NCBI GenBank assembly: GCA_016235455.1
Contig: JACRKZ010000031.1
Span: forward strand, 32,001-96,000
Length of the DNA stretch: 64,000 bases
DNA from: Armatimonadota bacterium
GTDB lineage: Bacteria; Armatimonadota; UBA10988
Reading direction: 5' to 3'
This document shows, piece after piece, positions 17,636 to 27,058 of the stretch (positions are counted from its first letter, which is position 1; every line of letters begins with the position of its first letter). Made by a program: the position numbers and the translations under genes. Below the pieces are notes generated by a model. It saw nothing but the letters and a program-made list of their open reading frames with translations. It made no database searches and was not told the DNA's origin.

Positions 17636-20600
17636 ATGCGGAAGGCACTGTTCTGGCTGATGGCGGCGACCGTAATGGTCGTCGCCCGGCCAGGGGCCGC
17701 CCAAACGACGGCCGATTGGACCGTGCTGGTCTACCTGAACGGTGACTCCACTGTCCGCTACGAGGACGCATCGATCCGCGTGTTCAACGCGCTGGAGCAG
17801 ATCGGCTCGACGCAGGCGGTGAACGTCGTCGTGCAGTGGGACCGCGGCCCTGGCGACGATGTGCTGACCGCGGCGAACCCCGCCGACGCCACGCAGGCCT
17901 GGGCCACCACGCGCCGGTACTTGGTGGTGGCGGACCCGGCCCAGACCGGCCTGACGCCGGACACGCTGACCGCCGCCGCGACGCGTATCGCCTCACCGGC
18001 CCTGGTCGACCTGGGCGAAGTGGACATGGGCCAGCAGGCGAGCCTGGTGGACTTCTACACCTGGACTGCCGCGCGCTTCCCCGCGCGTCACTATGCGCTG
18101 ATCCTGAGCGGTCCCGGCACCGGCTGGCAGCCGCGCAGCCAGCACCGTGGCATGCTGTTCGACACGACGACCGTGTCGACCGGCCCCACCGACCCGTCGG
18201 CCTTCCTGACCAATGCCGAGTTGACCGGCGCGCTGACCGCGATCAAGTCCCAGCGCAGCGGCCTGAACCTGGACGCCTTGCTGTGTGACACTGGCGGCAG
18301 CGCGACGGTCGAAGTCGCCACTCAGGCTACTGGGCTGGTGGACAGCTACCTGGGCGAGTTCCTCGATCGCAATGGCAACGGCGGCCTGAACTACGACACG
18401 CTGGTGTCCTCCCTGAACACGGCGCTGCCGTTGACGGCGGCCACGGTGCAAACCTGGCTCGGCAGTGTAGCCACGACCTACCTGGGCTCCTATGGCACCG
18501 GCACGGCGCGGCTGGGTGGCGCCCAAAGCGTGACTGCGGGCGTGTACCGCATGGGCAACCTGCCCAGCTTGGTAACCGCCTGCGATGACCTGGCCAAGGC
18601 GCTGGATGCCGACCTGCTGACCACGGCACCGGGATTGTTCCGGGTGCTCAGTACGGTCCAGCGTGGTCGCCCTGCTGACTTCAGCGGAGACTACATTGAC
18701 CTCAAGCACTTCGCTGAGCTGTGCCAGACTGAGTTCGCGGCCACCCAGACCATCGTTGACGCCGCGACGGCGCTGATCTCCGCGGTCACCGCGGTCCAGG
18801 CGGGCGACGTGACCGCCGCTTCCGCCGCCACCGACATCGATGTGTCGAATTTCAACGGTGTGGCCGTGTACTTCCCGGGAGAGCTGGCGGCCTACGACAG
18901 CAACTACCCGACGGGCTGCGACTTCGGGCAGACAGAATGGCCGACCCTGATCCAGGGGCTCTACACGCTCTACTCGGATCGCAACCCGCCGGTGATCACC
19001 CTGATCACCCCGACCAACGGCACCACCATCCTTGAGAATCCGCCGACGATTCAGGTGTCCATCGTGGACCCCGACGCCATCGGCGGTGTCAACGCGGACT
19101 CGGTCTCGTTGACCTTCGACGGGGTCGTCGTGCCCAAGGCCAACTACAGCTTCAGCAGCGAGACGGGCGTTCTGACCTACACGCCGGCCAACGCGCTCGG
19201 CGCCACCAGCCACACGTTCATCGTGGGGGCCAGTGACCTGAGCGGTAATGCCGCGACGCCCACGACAGGCAACTTCCGCATCTCCGTGGCGACCTTGTCG
19301 ACGGGGATCCAGACGTTCTCGTTGCCTCGCCTGCTGACCGCCGCTCAGAACGATCCGGGCCTGGTCTTCGGCGCCAGCAACTTCGCCATGGCACGCTGGG
19401 TGCCTGGGCTCAGCGGGTCGGACAAGTACCGGCTGTACCCCGATAGCTATGCTTCGTTCCTGCCGCCCGACTGCAGCACCAGCGTGTCGAACCCCGTCGT
19501 CACGCGGGCGCCGGCGGGGCTGGGCTACTGGGTCAGGGTGAAGCAGTCCAGGCCGTTGCAGACGTTGCCCGGCACGCCGGTCACGCTCTCGGAGTACGGG
19601 ATTCGGCTGCTCACCGACGGCAGTTCGCCGAACTGGAACATGGTGGCCAACCCCTATGACACGCCGGCCATCTCCTTGGCCAGCGCTTTCATCCAGTTGG
19701 TCGACGGACGGCGCCTGACGTTCCGTCAGGCTATCGACCAGCGGTACACACCGGGTGTGCTGTTCAGCTACGTGCCCAATGAGAGCAACGCCAACGCTCC
19801 GGGGCGCTACGACTTCAGTGACGCGGGCGCCGGCCAACTGATCCGGCTTCAGGCGCACTGGCTCAAGGTCAACACGGCCTGCTCCTTGGTGGTGCAATCC
19901 GGTCTTTCGTCCCGCGCGGCCGTACCGAGCGCTTCGGCCCGGGCCCTGCCGCGCGACGGTTGGAGCCTGGCGCTGTGGGCCACGGCTGACAGCAAGGCCA
20001 ACGCCTATTCGGACGGCCGAGCCTATGAAGCCAAGGACCGTCTGGTGCTGGGCCAGTCCAGCGATGCGCAGAATGGCTACGACCATGCCTTGGACGTGGC
20101 CGGGCCGCCGGCCATGCCGGGCGGTGTCGCGCTGCGTGCCGTCCACGGCGACTGGGGCCTGGAGAGCGGGCGCTACGTGCGGGACTACCGCGCCGCCGGC
20201 ATGAGTACGGAGTGGGACGTCGAGGTCGCGGCGCCGGCCGGCGAAGTGAGCCTGACGTGGCCCGACCTGCGGGCGGTGCCGGGCGACATCGACCTCGTGC
20301 TGACCGACCTGACCAACGGTCAGTCGCGAGCGCTGCGCACAACCGCCAGCTACGGCTTCACGCACAGCGGTGGCCCGCGGGCGTTCCGCGTGACGGCGCA
20401 ACGGCGCAACGGCGCCGGCCTGTTGGTGACCAACGTCACCACGCAGTCCGGTCGCGGCGGCGACTCCGTGGATATCGGCTACACGCTCTCTCGGGCGGCG
20501 AGTGTGCACGTCCAGGTGACGAGCCTGAGTGGCCGTTCGCTGCGCTCGCTCGGCCCGGTTGACTCCGCCACGGGTCGCGGTCGCTTGGCCTGGGACGGGT

Positions 20601-20713
20601 GCGATGCCAACGGTCGACCGGTGCCCAACGGCATCTACGTGTTGCAGGTGGTCGCGACGGGCGCGGACGGGTCCTTGGCTCGAGAGCTTCGCACGGTTCG
20701 CGTGATGCGGTAG
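17636..20713 (+). CDS. secreted clostripain (C11)-like protein, probably inactive, with Ig-like domain and C-terminal FlgD-Ig (CTD-like) module
   Basis: WTVLVYLNGD, GSTQAVNVVVQWDR, GEVDMG..SLVDF..W....FPARHYALIL; catalytic His and Cys positions replaced; terminal WDGCDANGRPVPNGIY. GAGGAG RBS. Confidence 0.75.
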   Translation: MRKALFWLMAATVMVVARPGAAQTTADWTVLVYLNGDSTVRYEDASIRVFNALEQIGSTQAVNVVVQWDRGPGDDVLTAANPADATQAWATTRRYLVVADPAQTGLTPDTLTAAATRIASPALVDLGEVDMGQQASLVDFYTWTAARFPARHYALILSGPGTGWQPRSQHRGMLFDTTTVSTGPTDPSAFLTNAELTGALTAIKSQRSGLNLDALLCDTGGSATVEVATQATGLVDSYLGEFLDRNGNGGLNYDTLVSSLNTALPLTAATVQTWLGSVATTYLGSYGTGTARLGGAQSVTAGVYRMGNLPSLVTACDDLAKALDADLLTTAPGLFRVLSTVQRGRPADFSGDYIDLKHFAELCQTEFAATQTIVDAATALISAVTAVQAGDVTAASAATDIDVSNFNGVAVYFPGELAAYDSNYPTGCDFGQTEWPTLIQGLYTLYSDRNPPVITLITPTNGTTILENPPTIQVSIVDPDAIGGVNADSVSLTFDGVVVPKANYSFSSETGVLTYTPANALGATSHTFIVGASDLSGNAATPTTGNFRISVATLSTGIQTFSLPRLLTAAQNDPGLVFGASNFAMARWVPGLSGSDKYRLYPDSYASFLPPDCSTSVSNPVVTRAPAGLGYWVRVKQSRPLQTLPGTPVTLSEYGIRLLTDGSSPNWNMVANPYDTPAISLASAFIQLVDGRRLTFRQAIDQRYTPGVLFSYVPNESNANAPGRYDFSDAGAGQLIRLQAHWLKVNTACSLVVQSGLSSRAAVPSASARALPRDGWSLALWATADSKANAYSDGRAYEAKDRLVLGQSSDAQNGYDHALDVAGPPAMPGGVALRAVHGDWGLESGRYVRDYRAAGMSTEWDVEVAAPAGEVSLTWPDLRAVPGDIDLVLTDLTNGQSRALRTTASYGFTHSGGPRAFRVTAQRRNGAGLLVTNVTTQSGRGGDSVDIGYTLSRAASVHVQVTSLSGRSLRSLGPVDSATGRGRLAWDGCDANGRPVPNGIYVLQVVATGADGSLARELRTVRVMR

Positions 20714-20723
20714 GATGGTAAGC

Positions 20724-23612
20724 ATGAAACGGCCCAAGCACACAATCCTGGCCCTGTTCGCCTGCCTGGCTGTGGCTGGCTCGGTCTCGGCGCAGACCTA
20801 CCAGACCATCAGCGGGACAGCGACGAACTCGCAGCCCGGGACGTTGTTCTCCACCGTGCGCAACAACTACCTCCAGGTGGACGTGCGCGTGCCGGGCATC
20901 GTGCCCGTGGTCAATCCCGGAGGCACGACGGGTCCCACGCTCGTTGGCTACAGCAACTACCGTGGTGGCCGGGCCTGGATCAGCACCGTGCAAGGCGATC
21001 CGTTCACCGCCAACGACAACGGTGTGCGCATCGCCGGGCCGACCGCCTACTCGACATGGTGCGGGGTGCAGTTGCAGGATCTGCCCACGCCGGCCGATGA
21101 CACGCCGGCGATTGAGTACCATGAGTGCGAGACCAGCTACGAGCCGGTGAACAATCCGAACCAGGACATCTTCTCGCAGTACCCGACGGCGAGCAACGAT
21201 GAGGTCCGGTTTGCCTGGCAGATCCGCAAGGACCTGCCCTCGCTGACAACCATCCACGCCAACCCAAACGTGGCCACCAACGGTGGTCTGGCGGGCGTGA
21301 ACTCCGCTGTGCAGTGCCTCGTGTCGCAGTCCTATCGGCTGGTCGGCGACAAGGTTCGCGTCGAGATGCTGGTCCAGAACGTCAGCAATGCCAGCGTGCG
21401 CATCGGCGGGCACATCTACATCAACCCGACCTTTGGCAGCGGCGTGCGCAACGGTGATCGGTTCCACTTCCAAGGCGTCAAGCAGACCATCGACCACGAA
21501 ATTACATTCCCCTCGACCAATGCCGCGGACGACCCGTCGTTGCGTCGCATCCCCACCTTCTACCGTACCTTCGACGATGAAGCCGCCCCGTCGGTCATTC
21601 TGGGTGGCCTGTTCGACGGCGCCGACATCCGGACGACGGCGTTGAGCGCCGGCCCGCCCACGAGCGCCATGCTGGTCGACCAGAACCTGATCACAGGCAA
21701 CTGGTTCGCCTACACGCCGGCGTCGGGCAGCCTGATCGGCGCCAACTTTGGCATCATGCTGCGCTGGGCTCCGACCTTGGTCGCCCCCAACTCGGGACGT
21801 CGGTTCATCACCTACTACGGCCTGGGCGGCACGGATGCCGACTACGACCAGCCGTACATCTTGTCCGCCGAGGCGCCGTTCAGCCTGTCGCTGGCCAATG
21901 GCGACGACCCCAACACCACCTTGGTGGAGACCAGCGACAATGTGTACCGGGCGCCGAACCCGTTCACCGTTCGCGCCTCCGTCTTCAACACCTCGGATCG
22001 GGCCATCAGCAATGTGGCCGTGGCGCTGTCGCTGCCGGCCGGCATGAGCCTGGCCAGCGCCGGAGACACGCTCAGCAAGTCCATTGGGCTCGTTCCCGCG
22101 AGGTCCGAGCAGGTGGTGAGTTGGCAGGTCAAGACGACATCGACCCTCGAGCCGGGCGTGCGGACAGTGTCCGTGTCGTCTTCCGGCACCAGCCTGACAT
22201 CGAAGATCGTGGACCGCGAGATCGGCATTCCGGCGCTGCCGCAACTGCTCTTCCCGAACGTCGCCAGGCGACTGGACATGATCTCGGTGCCCTACGATTT
22301 TGCCAACCGCGACATCCAGCACGTGCTCAACTCGTTGGGCACGGTCGGAGTGACCGGCGGCGGCAACGCGGCGGTAGCTCGCTACAATGCCGCGGCGCGC
22401 TCGTACGGGTACTTCCCGGATCCCTATATCACCAGTGTGGTCCCGGGCGAAGGCTTCTGGCTCTTCAATGGCGCTCTGACAGACCTGCGGCTGCCCACCG
22501 ACAAGGCCCAGTTGCCGCTGGCGCAGTCGGTGTCGGTGGCGCTGAGTACCGGCTGGAACCAGATCGGCTGCCCATTCACGGTGCCGGCACGGCTGTATGA
22601 CTGCGAAGTGGTGGGCAGCGACGGCATCGTCCGCAGCTTCCTCGATGCGGTCGGCGCGGGCCAGGTCAAGCCTGTCGTCTACGAGTACCAGCCCAACGAC
22701 CTGAACCCCACGGCCCAGGGCAGTTATCTGTTCGCCGGCGATGACGCCACCATGCTCAACCCGTGGCGCGGGTACTGGCTGCGTTCGCTGACGGACGTGA
22801 ACCTGGTCTTCAACGCCAACTCCCTGGTCGGACCGTTCCGCTCCAGCGGTCGCAGCCCATTGGCGCTGCGCGGCGGTTGGGAGTGCGCGCTGTCCGCTGA
22901 CTCGCCCAACACGGGCAAGCGCCCGGTGCGCCTGGGCTGCGATAGCACCTCGCTGGATGGCTACGACAGCCGCGACGTTGAGGCGCCGCCCACGCTGCGC
23001 TCCGAGGGCGACCTGCGCCTCTCGGTGCTGCGTGAGGACTGGGGTCGCGACGCCGGCCGCTACATGCGTGATATCCAGTCGGGCACTCGAGCGCAGACGC
23101 GATGGCGCCTGCTGGCCGAGTGTGACCGGGCCAACGAGGACGTGACGCTGCGGTGGAACCTGCGGACGGTGCCGGCCGATGTGCAGCTCACTTTGGTCGA
23201 CCTGGAGACGGGGGCCCAGCGGCACTTGCGCACGACCTCGGCCTTCAGCTACAACACAGGTGCGACGCCGCGGCCGCGGCTGTTCGAGGTGATTGCCACC
23301 AAGGGCGGCGGCCAGGGGCTCAGCATCCCATTCATGCAGGTGGCTGGCACGCGCGGTCGCGCGGTGACCGTGGCTTTCGGCCTGACCTCGGCCGCGACGG
23401 TCGACGTTGTGATCGAAAGCCCGACCGGGCGACGGGTGAAGCTGGTTGCTGCATCAATGGCTGCCACGGAAGGTCAAAACAGTGTATCCTGGGACGGCCT
23501 TGACGAAGGGGGCCGCCCGGTGCCTGCTGGGATGTACCGTTGCCGGGTGCTGGTTTCGACGCCGGATGGCCAACGGGCCATCGCTGAGCGTCTGGTGCGG
23601 ATTGGCCGGTAA
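20724..23612 (+). CDS. secreted beta-rich protein with NEW3-like Ig domain and C-terminal FlgD-Ig (CTD-like) module
   Basis: Signal peptide ending VSA|Q; FTVRASVFNT...NVAVALSLPAGMSL...VSWQV; terminal WDGLDEGGRPVPAGMY. Alternative start at 20715. Confidence 0.7.
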   Translation: MKRPKHTILALFACLAVAGSVSAQTYQTISGTATNSQPGTLFSTVRNNYLQVDVRVPGIVPVVNPGGTTGPTLVGYSNYRGGRAWISTVQGDPFTANDNGVRIAGPTAYSTWCGVQLQDLPTPADDTPAIEYHECETSYEPVNNPNQDIFSQYPTASNDEVRFAWQIRKDLPSLTTIHANPNVATNGGLAGVNSAVQCLVSQSYRLVGDKVRVEMLVQNVSNASVRIGGHIYINPTFGSGVRNGDRFHFQGVKQTIDHEITFPSTNAADDPSLRRIPTFYRTFDDEAAPSVILGGLFDGADIRTTALSAGPPTSAMLVDQNLITGNWFAYTPASGSLIGANFGIMLRWAPTLVAPNSGRRFITYYGLGGTDADYDQPYILSAEAPFSLSLANGDDPNTTLVETSDNVYRAPNPFTVRASVFNTSDRAISNVAVALSLPAGMSLASAGDTLSKSIGLVPARSEQVVSWQVKTTSTLEPGVRTVSVSSSGTSLTSKIVDREIGIPALPQLLFPNVARRLDMISVPYDFANRDIQHVLNSLGTVGVTGGGNAAVARYNAAARSYGYFPDPYITSVVPGEGFWLFNGALTDLRLPTDKAQLPLAQSVSVALSTGWNQIGCPFTVPARLYDCEVVGSDGIVRSFLDAVGAGQVKPVVYEYQPNDLNPTAQGSYLFAGDDATMLNPWRGYWLRSLTDVNLVFNANSLVGPFRSSGRSPLALRGGWECALSADSPNTGKRPVRLGCDSTSLDGYDSRDVEAPPTLRSEGDLRLSVLREDWGRDAGRYMRDIQSGTRAQTRWRLLAECDRANEDVTLRWNLRTVPADVQLTLVDLETGAQRHLRTTSAFSYNTGATPRPRLFEVIATKGGGQGLSIPFMQVAGTRGRAVTVAFGLTSAATVDVVIESPTGRRVKLVAASMAATEGQNSVSWDGLDEGGRPVPAGMYRCRVLVSTPDGQRAIAERLVRIGR

Positions 23613-23618
23613 TCAAGG

Positions 23619-26600
23619 ATGAAGCGGAAGGACGGTCGCATGATGAAGCGCTTTCTCGAGTCGCCCCTGGCGCGGCGCATCGCCTGGATGACCCTGACGG
23701 CACTGGCGGTCGGGTTGATAGGTCCGGCCGCACAGCGCGCCGACGCGCAAGAGGCGGTTCGCGGCGCCTACTTCGTGCCGTTCACGGCGGCCGAAGGCGT
23801 GGATGCTGAGACCCCCGTGCGCATTGGCAACGGCACCGCCGAACTGCTGCAGCGCATGAGCGGAGACCCGCGAGCGAAGCAGCCTTTGGCTGTGCTGCCG
23901 GTGGTTCCGGCGCTGGATGGCCATGCGTCTCTGAGCCCCAGCAACCCGATCGTCAAGCGCGCTCTGAGTGAGTCGGCGATCACCCAGGAGGAAGTCGACA
24001 GTCCTCCGACCGCCGCCGAGCCGGCAGCCGCTCTGTGCCGCAAACTCGGCCTCGGCTATGTCATTACCGGCAACATCGACCGCTACAAGGAAGGCCCCGG
24101 CGCGGACGGCAAGAGCCAGGTCGCCGAGCTGTCCTACACGGTCAAGCTGACCGAGGTGCTGCCCGAGGGTGCCGTGGCGCAGCCCCGGACCGTGCCGATC
24201 AGCGGCGTCAGCAAGTACACGGCGACCACCGACAAAGACAAGATCATCCTCCGGGCCATCCTGACCGACCGTGTCTCCCGCGAGATCGTCTCTCAGCTCA
24301 TTGAGTTGCCGGAACTGGCGCCTGAGCCCCAGACCGAGGTGCAGGTCAAGCCCAAGCCGGCCAAGGGCAGCAACGCCTGGGCCTATGCGGGCGTCGTGGT
24401 GGCGGGCATCGCCTCCATCTTCCTGATCTCCACCATCGGCGGCGGCAAGACCAAGGCACCGGCCAACCTGGCGGTGACGGGCGTGGCCGCGGTATCCGAA
24501 CAGGACGCGGTACGCATCACCTGGCTCCAGGCGCCGGCGGCGATCGGTTACAACGTGTATCGTCGACAGGTAGGCAGCCAGCCGTTGGTGTCGAGGGCCC
24601 TCCGCGGGCGCACCACGGCTGACGGCTTCACCGTGTTGCCCAATCCGCAGACCAACAGTGTGCCGACCGTGGTTGGCGGCAACCGGACCTCCTTCATCGA
24701 CACCACGGCCGTCAGCGGCGTGGTGTATGAGTACGCCGTGGCGGGCATGAACGCCAGCAACGTGCTTGGTGCTCGCTCCAGCTCCACGACGGCGGCCCGC
24801 ACGGGCGCCAACATCGGCGCCGCGCCGCAGTTGACGGCCTCGGCCGGCAACGGCTTCGTCTCCCTGAACTGGAGCGCCAGCAGCGCCTTTGTGACCGGCT
24901 ACTTCGTGTACCGGCGCCAGGGCGGCGTGCCCGACACCGTGACCGCGGCCGACCGCGTAGCCACGGTGACCGGCCGCACGACGTTCGACGACACGCCGTT
25001 GACCAACGGGGTGGAGTACACCTACGTGGTGCAGCCGTACACGCAGATCGGTACCGGCCAGAAGTTGATCGGCACGGACAGCAACCGCGTGACGATCGCG
25101 CCGATGGCTGGCGCGCCGCCGCAGGCCCCGCGCGGGGTGGCGGCCGTGGCCAGCAACCTCGGTGTGGTGACGGTCTCGTGGCAGTTCAACGCCGAGCCGG
25201 TGGCCTCCTATGAGGTGCTCCGACTGCGTGAAGCCACGACCCGGCAGCGCACGGTGACCGGCAGTTCCTCGTGGCTGCGTGGTCTACCCGTGGACTTGGC
25301 GGCGCGCGCGCAGACCGTACGCGTCGACCCGCGTCGGTCGCGCCAGATCGACCTCACTGGCTACAGTGTGGTGGGCAGTGTGCCCAGCACGCAGAACAGC
25401 TTCGTTGAAGGGCCTCTGCCCGACGGGCTCTACACCTACGCAGTACGCGCGGTGAGCAGCACCGGCGTGCGCGGCCCGGTGGGCGTGAGCACGGCGCTGA
25501 CGGTCTCGTCGCCGCCGGCGGCTCCGGCCGGAGTGACCGCTACTGGTCAGTCCGGGGCGGTGCTGGTAGCCTGGCAGAGCGCTGCCGGCAACGTGAGCGC
25601 CTATCGCGTCTACCGTAGTCTGACGGCCATCACCGCGTCGATGACCGGCCCCGCCACGGCGCCGGGCATCTCCCGCGTGACCGAAGTCAATCCGAGCGTC
25701 ACGTCGTTCAGCGACACCGGCGTCACCAACAATACCGTGTACTACTACGCGGTGACGGCGGTGGGCCAGGGCGGCACGGAGAGCCTGTTCGGCAAGGGCA
25801 CGGCGACCACGACCGGTGCGGTGGGCGTGCCCCACGCGGCGCCGGCCACGATGACGCTGGCCACCGACCGGCCGCTCATCTCGGCCAACGGCATGCACAC
25901 GGCGGCCATCACGGCCACCGTGCAGGACCTGAGCAGTATCGCGGTGCCGGGTGTCGAGGTCATCGTCACGGCGGACCGTGGCAGCTTCAAGGCGCCCCTG
26001 CCGGCCAACGCCAGCTACGTCGACGCCACGAAGCGTCAGGTTCGCTCGCTGACGGACGCCACGGGCAAGGTTGTGCTGAACTTCATGTCGGAAGTCATCA
26101 CGACTGCCGCGACGCAGGTGGTGGCCAATATCCAGGCCCGCGCCGCGGAGCTTCCGGTAGCGCAGCAACTGCAGTCGACCAGCGTGGCGATGCAGTCGTC
26201 CGCGCCGAGTGTGCTGCTCATGAGCCCCGCGCTGGTGTCGCTGACGGCCGACCAAGCTTCCACCCAGACGGTGGCGGCACGGGTCCTGGACAGCCTGAAC
26301 CAGCCGGTGCCTGACGGCACGTTCTCGGTGGACTTCAGCCTCAGCGCCGACAACGGCGAGTTGCGTCAGTCGGGCGACGTGCAGACCTATCCGTTCCAGC
26401 GCTACCCGACCACCATCACGGTGCCGGTGACCACCGGTCGAGCGACCATGGTGTACCGCGCCGGCCCGGCCAGCGGCACGTTGCAGATCAACGCGGCGGT
26501 GGCGGGTCTGCCCGCCGTAGCCTCGTCGGCGACGGTCCGGCTGTCGGCTGGTGAAGCGACGCAGGTGTCGTTCAGCCAGACCGGCACGACGCTGAACCAG

Positions 26601-26858
26601 TTGAACGTGCCGGTCAGCGGCTCGCAGGCCATCACGGTTGACGTGCGCGACGCGCAAGGCAACCGGGTGGGCGCGGGTGTGGCCGTGCAGTTGGCTGTGG
26701 AGCCGACGGGTGTGGTCACGATCCCGGCCTCCGGCGTGACCGACGCCAATGGCCAGGTTGCCCTGAACATCACCGGCGGCGCAGTCGTCGGCGATGCGAT
26801 CATCACGGCAACCGCCGGCACGTCGGCGGAAGGCCAGTTGGCAGTCCATGTGCGCTAG
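23619..26858 (+). CDS. secreted protein with N-terminal alpha/beta domain, internal hydrophobic helix, four fibronectin type III domains and three Big_1 (invasin-like) Ig domains
   Basis: Signal peptide ending ADA|Q; helix AWAYAGVVVAGIASIFLISTIGG; Fn3 signatures GYNVYR..F.DTT..G..YEYAV; Big_1 signatures ISANGMHTAAITATVQD, LTADQASTQTVAARVLD, VRDAQGNRV..TDANGQV. Confidence 0.75.
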   Translation: MKRKDGRMMKRFLESPLARRIAWMTLTALAVGLIGPAAQRADAQEAVRGAYFVPFTAAEGVDAETPVRIGNGTAELLQRMSGDPRAKQPLAVLPVVPALDGHASLSPSNPIVKRALSESAITQEEVDSPPTAAEPAAALCRKLGLGYVITGNIDRYKEGPGADGKSQVAELSYTVKLTEVLPEGAVAQPRTVPISGVSKYTATTDKDKIILRAILTDRVSREIVSQLIELPELAPEPQTEVQVKPKPAKGSNAWAYAGVVVAGIASIFLISTIGGGKTKAPANLAVTGVAAVSEQDAVRITWLQAPAAIGYNVYRRQVGSQPLVSRALRGRTTADGFTVLPNPQTNSVPTVVGGNRTSFIDTTAVSGVVYEYAVAGMNASNVLGARSSSTTAARTGANIGAAPQLTASAGNGFVSLNWSASSAFVTGYFVYRRQGGVPDTVTAADRVATVTGRTTFDDTPLTNGVEYTYVVQPYTQIGTGQKLIGTDSNRVTIAPMAGAPPQAPRGVAAVASNLGVVTVSWQFNAEPVASYEVLRLREATTRQRTVTGSSSWLRGLPVDLAARAQTVRVDPRRSRQIDLTGYSVVGSVPSTQNSFVEGPLPDGLYTYAVRAVSSTGVRGPVGVSTALTVSSPPAAPAGVTATGQSGAVLVAWQSAAGNVSAYRVYRSLTAITASMTGPATAPGISRVTEVNPSVTSFSDTGVTNNTVYYYAVTAVGQGGTESLFGKGTATTTGAVGVPHAAPATMTLATDRPLISANGMHTAAITATVQDLSSIAVPGVEVIVTADRGSFKAPLPANASYVDATKRQVRSLTDATGKVVLNFMSEVITTAATQVVANIQARAAELPVAQQLQSTSVAMQSSAPSVLLMSPALVSLTADQASTQTVAARVLDSLNQPVPDGTFSVDFSLSADNGELRQSGDVQTYPFQRYPTTITVPVTTGRATMVYRAGPASGTLQINAAVAGLPAVASSATVRLSAGEATQVSFSQTGTTLNQLNVPVSGSQAITVDVRDAQGNRVGAGVAVQLAVEPTGVVTIPASGVTDANGQVALNITGGAVVGDAIITATAGTSAEGQLAVHVR

Positions 26859-26880
26859 CCGCGGTGGCTAGCGACCAGAG

Positions 26881-26922
26881 CGCCGGGCCTCGGTTCACCG
26901 AGTCCCGGCGTTCGTGGTTTGT
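26881..26922 (+). terminator. probable intrinsic terminator after the five-gene surface-protein run
   Basis: CGCCGGGCCTCGG-TTCA-CCGAGTCCCGGCG followed by TTCGTGGTTTGT. A TACAAT -10-like box follows at 26973-26978. Confidence 0.5.
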
Positions 26923-27058
26923 GTCGCCGAGTCGAGGGCGCACACCCTCTGGCGCGGAGCGCGGCGGGAAGGTACAATTCGGTGGGCGGCCAAGGTCGCT
27001 CATGCTGCCTGGCCCACCTGATGATGGTGCCGCTGGGCAGGGGTGGAGAGGCGGCTTG

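Noticed and set aside
17993-23225. Very long minus-strand ORFs (916 aa and 929 aa) opposite the surface-protein genes
   Set aside because: Antisense shadows of high-GC coding sequence; no motifs, and the plus-strand proteins have clear domains.
10023-23612. Interpreting the FlgD-Ig and FlgT-like domains as flagellar genes
   Set aside because: The domains are small parts of large Sec-secreted proteins and no flagellar genes are nearby.
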